In this document: positions 13,604 to 23,244 of the stretch, piece after piece
Numbering within the stretch: position 1 is the stretch's first letter
Layout of the letters: each line of letters begins with the position of its first letter
From: Eutreptiella sp. 'Long Island Sound 2002'
Taxonomy: Eukaryota > Protista > Euglenida
Reading direction: 5' to 3'
NCBI GenBank assembly: GCA_964036045.1
Contig: OZ038378.1
Location: 41,292,001 to 41,356,000 of the forward strand
DNA: 64,000 nucleotides
Made by a program: the position numbers and the translations under genes
The notes under the pieces: generated by a model
The model's input: only the letters and a program-made list of their open reading frames with translations
The model's database searches: none
Told to the model about the DNA's origin: nothing

Positions 13604-16559
13604 GCCGTCAATGAGTGGAGGGGTATTGCACAGTTCTGTGGGATGATACTGGATGTTGGCGACAAGTTCACCCAGGCTGTTGCAGCGTTTGACAAGAAGA
13701 AGTGTTTCAGTCATGCTGCCTTCAAGGAAAGTGCTAGGCTACCGCGGTCATACTGTTTACAGCTTCCCAACTGGGTGGCGAGTGCACGGCCCACAATCAA
13801 CACCAATACGTTCTCCCAGAAGCTCAGAAACCTGAAGTGCCTATATCACGTCCGGAGTCATGTCTTCTGCCAAGGCAATCCAGAGATCCACAACGGCCAA
13901 CATATGCTTGTTGCCATCTACTCACATTCGTTGTTTCCTAGGTCCACTGCCTTACGTCGCACTGTTTCACTCTCAACAGTGAAACTGCTTTAGTGTCTCA
14001 TTGCAATGCAGGAACTGAGGCCACCGTGCAGATGCTCTATAATGCAATCAAGTGGGATGAGGGGTATTGGGCATTGGGTGCGACGGGCCGCGATGCAGCG
14101 AGGTACCAGCTGGGGACTGGTCAACCAACATGGCAAAATTCGCGGAAGGCAAAATTCTGGCAAAACCCTTTGCGCGTTGACACACGCAGGTCACTACGTG
14201 AAGCACTGTGTGCTGAGGAGACTAAAGCTGGTAGTGGGGGAGCTGCATTTGAGCTGCACGGAGTATGCAGTGTTGCCTTTGCTGGAACCGAGAGGGCGAT
14301 CCATTTCACTGGAGACGTGGGCAAGCTCTGTATGCCAAGGTCCAGCTCCTGTATATTGAAGTCCAGGAAGGAAGTGAGACATCACTTCTGCCGCCGGGAT
14401 TCCGAAAGAAGCTTGCCGCTAAAGGGGTCCCTACAATCCTGTACGGTCCAAATTTGAAGTACACCCTGGCGCGTCTCTTCGAAGAGGCTGCACCACTGCG
14501 GGAATGGCGGTACACTCGTATCCGGCTGTACACCCCCCGAGAAGACCTGCTGTTCACAAGCAAAAAGCCTGAAAATTTGACGACACGAACCCTGTGCGCT
14601 ATCTTGGTGACACCCGGAAGTATTGCACAGCACCCGCCATACGCTACTACAAATTTGGAGTGGAGGTCATCGTGGTTCCCCTGGCTCCCGGGATAGTTGG
14701 CTGGAGGACTTGTGGTACCAAGTGCACCAGAGCCGCCGGCAATTGTGGTGATGTTCAGCGCCCTCCGCAAATCAACACAAGTGTATGGGATGACAACAGC
14801 ACTGTTTGCCTGCCTCCCTGGTTGGTTGTTGCGGCTCTGGGTATAGGATGCATGGGGAGTGGGGACCGACTCAGTCAAGCAAAACGTGGTGCGGGCTGTA
14901 CAGCAATGTGCACAGGAACCAGGAGCAGAATTGCAAGCCGAAGGAGAGCTGTCACCGGCCCTAATGCCAGTGAATGCGCAGCAACTGCGCGTGCTTGATA
15001 AGAACCTCCGATGTGAAGTCAAAGCGGCAGAGAAACTGGATCACAAGAGGCGGAAGTTGGTTCTGAAGCAATGGGAAAAGGATGAACTCGCTGCAGCGAA
15101 AAAGTCACAAAAGGAGAACCGGGCAAAGGTTGGTGAACACAGGCAAGCAAGGCAGCATGAGAGGCTCCTAGATAGCCCATTCGGTGCCACCACCACTCCA
15201 GAAAACCGGGCTGTCCGAGGAGGTTTCACTGTTGACAGTGAAAGTGTCGGTCCTGAAGCTGCCTCATCCAATGGTGTCGATCTTGCGGTTCATGTGCCGC
15301 CAACTGACCTGGAACCTGCTTTCCATGGTGTTAGTGCCTATGCAAAGCTAGCTCCAAAACCAGCTCTTGCGAACAAGAAGGCGAAGTCCAAGACCACTGC
15401 CAAGACAGGTGCAAAGGGGCAGACGGACCACCCTCACCAAGATGCACCTGGAGGCTAGGGTGGATGTACAGAGTATTGACAAGGCTCAGCAGCAGGCAAT
15501 TGCACCGCAGATCGAGGCTGCCAACAATGCGGGTTCTGGCGGACGAGGAGCTCCGGGGCTGAAACGCAAATCCAAAGCACAAGCCGTGACCATCCCGAGT
15601 GTGGCTCGGCTTGAGCAGGCTTCGCGGAGGACCCGCAGTGCAAAGCAGTAGGCTCAATGGGAGGACGTGTCACTTGTGCTTTTTCGAGAACTGCTTTTGG
15701 TTGTATTGTTGTTGCCCTGACAACGTCTGCTGGTTTGCTGGGTTATCACAGTGTACCGTCACTGTCAACTGTGAAACAGACTGCCATAATGACACCTTTG
15801 CCCAAAATGCCGGAAACCGGTGTTAGATTTTTTCCTGTCATTGCAGCGCTCTCTGATGACCTACGGCACAGTTTGGTTCGGAAGTCCACTATGTGCTTTT
15901 GTTTTTCAATAGAAAGGAACAATCATTTATAGACCATAAATTGTACCCTTCAGCCTCTGTCTTGGACTGCATGGACATATGACACTGTCTCTGTGTATTT
16001 GCACTGTACATCACAACAGGAGCCACGTACTGTTTATCTTCAATGTCAATTTCACCAACAGGGTCATATATTTGGAGTATTGTTTCCACGCTGCACCTCA
16101 TAGCGCAGTATAAAACTCTGTTTCACTATTAACAATGAAACTATCTCCCTCGCTGATGTCATTTGCCAGTGACGGTATTTTTCATTACGGACATGCTTCT
16201 ACACATGCAAGTACACGGTGTGCACAAGTGCCCTACCTGTGTTTTGTGTTGCTCGTTTACATACACTCGTTTGTCACAGGGGGAAGTTGTTCCTAGCTGC
16301 ACCTGGTCCACAGCCGCACATGGGATGGAATGGAGGGGGGGGGTGGTGGTGGGGATGCCGTCCATCACACCTGAATGCCTCTATGTTAGTTGCTATTTCA
16401 CTGGTGACAGTGACACAAGATGAAATATGGCCCCCACAGTGCAGTTTTGGGAAATTGAATTTTTATGTCCGTTTCATTGTTGGCCACACAGGCCAACGGT
16501 GAAACTTTTTGCCCGTTTTCGGGGTTCCCGTTGGCCCGGGACATCAAGTTCGTACCCCC

Positions 16560-18456
16560 AAGCTAAAAGACTTCTTCTTAAACTTATACAGCCTGGAGGA
16601 TACAACATTCACCGACTTCAGTTGGGATGGCTTAGGCTCCACCGACGGTCCTGCTTGACACACACGGTCACTAGCCTGTTGCCGCCTCTTTTGAACGCAC
16701 TCCTCTACACACTTGTCTCCCTGAAGAGCACGGTACTCCCAAACCCTGAGGCAACTAGAGTCATCACATTGTATTTTCCCTATATACCTGGGTATAAACT
16801 ATAGGGCCCGTTGGAAATACTGGGTCATGTAGTCGTCGATGGAGAAACCTAACACAACATCGTACCGGTAAAGCAGCGAGGCATGAGCTGTGCAATGGAA
16901 GCCGGCACGGCTTTACGGAAATTGAGTCGCCGCTCCGGAAAATTCTTGTTTTACGAGAAATGGGAGGTATTGTGAACTAACAGCAGAGCGCCCCGTGGTG
17001 GGACACACCAGGGTAGACCGCTTTCGCCGACAGGGAAACTGGGGACAGCACATCCACCAGATTGTAGTCTATCTCAATACGGACCACTTTGCCGGACCCA
17101 ACTGGCTGAACATTCGTGGGCTCCCCGGAGGGGTAGTGGATATGAAGGAAAGCCCAGCAGTTGCCAGGCCACAGACACTTGGAAACGTTGGACCCCGCTC
17201 CCGGATGGAGGGTTTCATTGAGGTCACCCGCAACAAAAAGCCGATCATTCACGGTGCGCCGGGCCTCGGCCATTCGCTTCTGTATAATGCCCCACACATT
17301 GGCTGCCTATCTAGGACGCCTCTACACATTGCACCCAGTGATGCGGTGCCCATTAGGTGTGGCGAGAAAGAATTTTTGCACATCCGCACAAGATTGCACC
17401 GGTTCGGGGCCCGTAGCCTCCTTCCCAGCTGAGGGCCGGGGCACGAAAGCATAGGTGACCATGATGGCCATGCCAGCCCCGCGTTCCGCCACCCCAGCGT
17501 AGCAAACTTTGTACCCCATACCCTCTAGTTCGCTAACTTCAAATCCTTCCCAGAGTTCCACAACCAAATCGGTCAAAGTAGCTATGATATCAGTTGCTTT
17601 ACATGCAACACCACCACAATTCATGCTGAGGAAGGTGAGGTTAGATAGGGAATCCATACAGCAGATATCCTGCTGTAGGAGCTCAGCACTGCCCGTTACC
17701 AGGGGGAGGATACCACCAGGTACGGATCTAGATCTAAAGGGAGGTGGGGGGCGACAAACACAGGAGGGTGCACGGCTGCACTACAATTGTGCTTGCGGCA
17801 CAACAAGGTGAGTAGGACCCCATCCATACAAATGGACCCCGTAACATAGCCGTAACATGTATCAGCAAGCGCTCTAGTAACATGCTCTGACTAGATCTTG
17901 GGACACAAGCCGGGCATGCCCCGGACCTAGCCCCTGGACTCTGGCATATGGAAGAGGAGGCCGGTAACCACTCGGGGGCGCTGGCAGATAGTACATGGAG
18001 CTCCACCTGGTACTGGCATGGCCGCACATGGTGACAGAGCATGGTTGACGGTTACATGCTCCTCAACAGGAAGGTGGAGCAGAGTTGGGGGACGGCATCC
18101 TAGCGTGGTGACGCAGTGATCCACAAGCAGATCACTGTACCTTGTGTCATCAGCGGGGAGAAATCAGCCCCGTGGGCCAATCTACCCGACACGGAGGCCA
18201 CGCAGCCCGCCTAGAGAGTGAGCACGTGCAGCGCCGTGCAGAGGAGAGGGGACGAGATCAATACGAGGACTTGAGGGTCGCAGCCTAGACCCCTGCCCAG
18301 CTTGGCAGTAGCCCCGGGGGAGGACCTCCTGATCACCCAAAAAAGGGACCCGTTGGAAGTGGCTCTCAGAGCATGAGGCACATGTCGGGGTCTCTCTATG
18401 CTGGACAAACCCAAAGGACACACATACGAGTTTGGAGGCCAAGCGGCCCTCCTGGA
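16560..18456 (-). pseudogene. Middle part of the same LINE: apurinic endonuclease (APE) domain and upstream Cys-rich region
   Basis: LTFLSMNCGG, DLVVELWE, RGAGMAIMV (17322-17657); FVAGDLN, IEIDYNLV, SHHGAL (16977-17297); CxxC motifs at 17850-18100. Confidence 0.8.
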
Positions 18457-18464
18457 CACCAAGT

Positions 18465-18994
18465 CAGGCCTCCCCTAATTACCCGTCGCGCCACCCGTCA
18501 TATGGCAAAAAACGCCGTTTTTTGGCCAAAATCCACGCTTTCCATTGTTTTTCTGGTGTTGTTTGGTGTTTTTTGGTGTTTTTTGGTGTATGAATTACAG
18601 CTATTGTGCAGAAGGCAGGTTGAAATAAAAACAACCATTCAGGAACTACATTCAGTGCACTAGGACAGACAGGACACCAAACATGGGCCTGCTGCAGCAT
18701 CTTGTGCTTTCCAAAAAACCAAAAAACACCCAAATTTCTAGAAAAAACCAAAACAATCCACCCATCCAATGGTATGACGTCCACTGCCCCCAAGCCTACT
18801 CAACCCCCAACCCCAACAAACCATGGAAAAAATCCATTTTGGGGGCAAATGGGCACAACAAGTAGCCAGAAAACATCCAAAAAACACCAAAAAACATCCA
18901 AAAAACACCAAAAAACACCAAAAAACAGACCTGTTGAATAGACCAACCCGCCACCCGCCAAAATGGCCTGAGGCGGGTGTTTTTGTGAGGCTTG
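18465..18994. mobile_element. 530-bp hAT-like MITE
   Basis: Perfect 8-bp TSD CACCAAGT (18457-18464 and 18995-19002). Imperfect TIRs CAGGCCTC..ACCCG / CAAGCCTC..ACCCG. AT-rich interior with inverted (ttttttggtg)/(caccaaaaaa) runs. Confidence 0.8.
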
Positions 18995-18995
18995 C

Positions 18996-21682
18996 ACCAA
19001 GTTGTGCATCCTCTAGGGTCATGCAGGGAAGAACGGGGAGCACCTCACGCGCCCCGTTGACAACGTTGATGCAGGCCAGCGGGACACAGCGGACACCTTG
19101 GCCGGAGTGACGCCTGCACCACAGCCATCGTCAGGGCCAGCAGCAGTGGGGGGCAGCAGTAAGTTTGCGGAAGGGCATACAGCAGTCACATGCCGCCCGG
19201 GCCCCGGTAGCCTCCTTGTGACGGATGCTGTGAGCATGACACTTCGTACTCCTCCCCGGGCGCTCTGAATGACCCCGCGTCGGACTTGGCCGTCGGAGTA
19301 GTTGCGAGGGTCAAAGTGGTCCTCATCTCTGCCCCGATGCTGGGCAGTGGCATCTCAAGGGACGGGGCTGGGGGATCGTCGTGTAGAGCCCATCGAGGCC
19401 CTGTCTATGGAGACACGCCATTGGCGGAGGGATGGCGGTGGGTGAGGGGGGGCGGCGTGGAGCATATCTGTGGGGGGGGTCGTATTGATGGGAGCCATAC
19501 CGTGGGCCTTTTTGCCTCTTGTGCGGAGGCTCGGAGTGGGACCGGGACTCATTCTTGGCACGGGGGGGTTGGAGGCTTCACAGGGAGTCTGCCCACTGAC
19601 GTGTGAGGCAAAGGTTTGGGGGGCTCCAGGGCTTCATACTCGAGGCGTCCGAACACGTGTGGGGTGGTGACCAAGTTGTGCATCCTCTAGGGTCATGCAG
19701 GGAGGGACGGGGAGCACCTCACGGGCCCCGTTGACAACGTTGATGCAGGCCAGCGGGACACAGCGGACACCTTGGCCGGAGTGACGCCTGCACCACAGCC
19801 ATCATCAGGGCCAGTAGCAGTGGGGGGCAGCAGTAAGTTTGCGGAAGGGCATACAGCAGTCACATGCCGCCCGGGCCCCGGTAGCCTCCTCGTGACGGAT
19901 GCTGTGTGTATGACACTTCGTACTCCTCCCCGGGCGCTCTGAATGACCCCGCGTCGGACTTGGCCGTCACGGTAGTTGCGAGGGTCAAAGTGGTCCTCAT
20001 CTCTGCCCCGATGCTGGGCAGTGGCATCTCAAGGGACGGGGTTGGGGGATCGTCGTGTAGAGCCCATCGAGGCCCTGTCTATGGAGACACGCCATTGGCG
20101 GAGGGATGGCGGTGGGTGAGGAGGGGCGGCGTGGAGCATATCTGGGCGGGGGGGGTCGTATTGATGGGAGCCATACCGTGGGCCTTTTTGCCTCTTGTGC
20201 GGAGGCTCGGAGTGGGACCGGGACTCATTCTTGGCACGGGGGGGTTAGAGGCTTCTCAGGGAGTCTGCCCACTGACATGTGAGGCAGAGGTTTGGGGGGC
20301 TCCAGGGCTTCATACTCGAGGCGTCCGAACACGTGTGGGGTGGTGACCAAGTTGTGCATCCTCTAGGGTCATGCAGGGAGGAACGGGGAGCACCTCACGC
20401 GCCCCGTTGACAACGTTGATGCACGCCAGCGGGACACAGCGGACACCTTGGCCGGAGTGACGCCTGCACCATAGCCATCATCAGGGCCAGTAGCAGTGGG
20501 GGGCAGCGGTAAGTTTGCGGAAGGGCATACAGCAGTCCCATGCCGCCCGGGCCCCGGTAGCCTCCTCGTGACGGATGCTGTGAGTATGACACTTCGTACT
20601 CCTCCCCGGGCGCTCTGAATGACCCCGCGTCGGACTTGGCCGTCACGGTAGTTGCGAGGGTCAAAGTGGTCCTCATCTGTGCCCCGATGGTGGGCAGTGG
20701 CATCTCAAGGGACGGGGTTGGGGGATCGTCGTGTAGAGCCCATCGAGGCCCTGTCTATGGAGACACGCCATTGGCGGAGGGATGGCGGTGGGTGAGGGGG
20801 GGCGGCGTGCAGCATATCTGGGGGGGGGTGTCGTATTGATGGGAGCCATACCGTGGGCCTTTTTGCCTCTTGTGCGGAGGCTTGGAGTGGGACCGGGACT
20901 CATTCTTGGCACGGGGGGGGTTAGAGGCTTCTGAGGGAGTCTGCCCACTGACGTGTGAGGCAGAGGTTTGGGGGGCTCCAGGGCTTCATACTCGAGGCGT
21001 CCGAACACGTGTGGGGTGGTGACCAAGTTGTGCATCCTCTAGGGTCATGCAGGGAAGAACGGGGAGCACCTCACGGGCCCCGTTGACAACGTTGATGCAG
21101 GCCAGCGGGACACAGCGGACACCTTGGCCGGAGTGACGCCTGCACCACAGCCATCGTCAGGGCCAGTAGCAGTGGGGGGCAGCAGTAAGTCTGCGGAAGG
21201 GCATACAACAGTCACATGCCGCCCGGGCCCCGGTAGCCTCCTCGTGACGGATGCTGTGACTATGACACTTCGTACTCCTCCCCCGGCGCTCTGAATGACC
21301 CCGCGTCGGACTTGGCTGTCACGGTAGTTGCGAGGGTCAAAGTGGTCCTTGTCTCTGCCCCGATGGTGGGCAGTGGCATCTCAAGGGACGGGGCTGGGGG
21401 ATCGTCGTGTAGAGCCCATCGAGGCCCTGTCTATGGAGACACGCCATTGGCGGAGGGATGGCGGTGGGGGAGGGGGGGCGGCGTGAAGCATATCTGGGGG
21501 GGGGGGGGGTCGTATTGATGGGAGCCATACCGTGGGCCTTTTTGCCTCTTGTGCGGAGGCTCGGAGTGGGACCGGGACTCATTCTTGGCACGGGGGGGTT
21601 GGAGGCTTCTCAGGGAGTCTGCCCACTGACGTGTGAGGCAGAGGTTTGGGGGGCTCCAGGGCTTCATACTCGAGCCGTCCGA
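18996..21682. repeat. Four tandem copies of a ~675-bp LINE-internal segment
   Basis: Units start at 18996, 19670, 20346 and 21022 (periods 674/676/676) and are highly similar. They differ by scattered SNPs and poly-G length. Confidence 0.97.
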
Positions 21683-22116
21683 GCGGGTGTTCGTGATCGT
21701 GGCCATCCGGCCTTAGGGGCCCATGGGGATTTGAACCGGCGGCATTGAGGTGCTAATGGGCTGCCATACACTTATCAGGAGGAGCAGGAAGCAGACTCTC
21801 ATCGCGGTGCCCTTGGTGGCCAGGCCACTCGGCTAATGGGGCCGGTGCACCTCGCACCGGAAATAGCCTGAGGCAGCTGCCACATACGCAGGCCAGGGAA
21901 GCCCTTTTGCCACCGGGTTGAGGTTTGCATCTCCTGGGGACGGGGGGGGGGGGGTTGAACGGAGCTGCACAGGTGGGTCTAGTGGAGGCCAATGGGACAC
22001 CCATCTGCTAGAGGACTATGGTAGCCCAATCCGGGGAGGCGACGCGGCGGCAGCGCTCCCGTACAATGTCGGGTAGGGTCTTCAGCGTAGACAACTGCAT
22101 GATGCGGGACACATAT

Positions 22117-23244
22117 TCAAGAGAGGTGGAGGGCCATGGAGGGGAAATCCTTGACTGCCTCTAATTGGAAAAGGGGCAGCTCGTCATCTTCGAGCTTCAG
22201 CGGGTCCATGGCTATCTCACAGGTCAGCGACCGCCACGTGGTCGTCGACTCAACATCATCACGTATGGCCTTCAGGATCTCCAGCAAGTGTTGTCTCTTG
22301 ACCGCATGTGTGATAGTGATGAGGCCGGCTTCAATGTATCGGCCCTGGGCAACAAGGGCACACTTGATCCGGGGTAGATCTCCTCCCGTGGGCCACGAAT
22401 AGCTTGTCAGCCAGGCAGATAGAGATAGGCCATCACAGAGTTTGAGCAGCTGCTGTCCCAAGCGGTGCATCGACCGATAGGGAGCCAGAAGAGTGTTCAG
22501 CTGCCCCACCGCTGTTTTGATGGATGCGGGCGGGAGATCTCGAGTCTTCTCAGTGGTCTTCAACAGGAGCTGCGGCATAGTGAGATGAGCTACATCTTCG
22601 GCCGGCAACGATGGTCCAGCCAGGGCCTTGCCCGCAGGTTCGGTAGATTCATGGGATCCAGTCTCCGTAGAGCCGCTGTGCCCACCTTCTTGAGATCTAT
22701 TACCTTCAGCCGATCCGGGGGACACAATGTCCCTAGGTATAGCTACCGAGACGTTAGGCCAGTGATCGCGAACCGCTCTCTCGAGCACCTTGTCAGACCT
22801 ACCGCCCACAGGCGCCCAGGTGTGTGTGACCACAAGCGACCAGGACACCGCCATCCTGAACCAGAACTTAGATAGCACCACTTCCCCCTTCGATAGGGGG
22901 GCACTGTCCCCATTCACCGCGTCGAAGGTGCTTGGGTCGGAGGATATTAGGGTGCAGACAGCATCTGATACGTCCTTGATTGGTATGTGGCCGATGACAT
23001 TGGCATGGAGGATAGACACTTGATTTGGGGGGAGGGTGTTGAGATGTTTCCGCAAGTATTCCACAACCTCAGGCCACGACGCCCAGTACCAGGTAGCCAG
23101 ATCGCGTCTCAGGTATCCGATGTCAATAGCTTGCGGCTTCCCCACCAACGCACACCATAGCAGCACAAAAGAGGGGCACCAGTTGGCAGTCAGGGTGACC
23201 CCCGATACTTCCTGCTTGTTAACCATGATCATCAAAGCCTTCAA
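22117..23244 (-). CDS. 375-codon open frame, probably the 5' coding region of the disrupted LINE; function unknown
   Basis: Long ORF on the same strand as, and upstream of, the APE/RT pieces. No diagnostic motif recognised. Confidence 0.4.
   Translation of the reverse strand: MKALMIMVNKQEVSGVTLTANWCPSFVLLWCALVGKPQAIDIGYLRRDLATWYWASWPEVVEYLRKHLNTLPPNQVSILHANVIGHIPIKDVSDAVCTLISSDPSTFDAVNGDSAPLSKGEVVLSKFWFRMAVSWSLVVTHTWAPVGGRSDKVLERAVRDHWPNVSVAIPRDIVSPGSAEGNRSQEGGHSGSTETGSHESTEPAGKALAGPSLPAEDVAHLTMPQLLLKTTEKTRDLPPASIKTAVGQLNTLLAPYRSMHRLGQQLLKLCDGLSLSAWLTSYSWPTGGDLPRIKCALVAQGRYIEAGLITITHAVKRQHLLEILKAIRDDVESTTTWRSLTCEIAMDPLKLEDDELPLFQLEAVKDFPSMALHLS

Larger units (their letters stand above)
12531..15458 (+). 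pseudogene. Decayed, intron-containing accessory gene with an N-terminal ParB/Srx-like domain (ORF B of the TIR element)
   Basis: Acidic N-terminus followed by YGQSRRVKRSRLARLRRSLTHRGLIEEVRGYLSERG / DI*LVLGGQHMCAIVKEL, which resembles the ParB N-terminal pattern QPR...L..SI...Gll.Pi.V...Y.li.G..R..A. It continues through ORFs 13136-13534, 13541-13993, 13993-14457, 14265-14696, 14594-14998 and 14859-15458. A polypyrimidine-CAG acceptor-like site lies at 12530. Confidence 0.55.
8421..16504. repeat. Dispersed array of the 20-bp palindrome TTTCACTGTYRACAGTGAAA
   Basis: Full copies start at 8541, 8710, 8809, 8890, 9481, 9596, 10881, 12074, 12422, 13031, 13073, 13555, 13965, 15224, 15757, 16121 and 16396. 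There is a half-site at 8421 and an extended hairpin variant at 16472-16504. Confidence 0.95.
8369..16559 (+). mobile_element. 8.2-kb TIR DNA transposon of unassigned family, inserted in the LINE
   Basis: 21-bp TIRs GGGGGTACAAACTTGACATCC (8369-8389) and reverse complement GGGGGTACGAACTTGATGTCC (16539-16559), 18/21 identical. The LINE APE domain lies on one side and RT on the other. Two decayed plus-strand genes are inside. Confidence 0.85.

Noticed and set aside
8541-16415. CRISPR array interpretation of the palindromes
   Set aside because: Spacing ranges from 42 bp to over 1 kb, copies lie in introns and exons, and there are no cas genes.
16472-16504. Helitron 3' hairpin
   Set aside because: It is not followed by CTRR, no Rep/helicase motifs are seen, and the element has TIRs.
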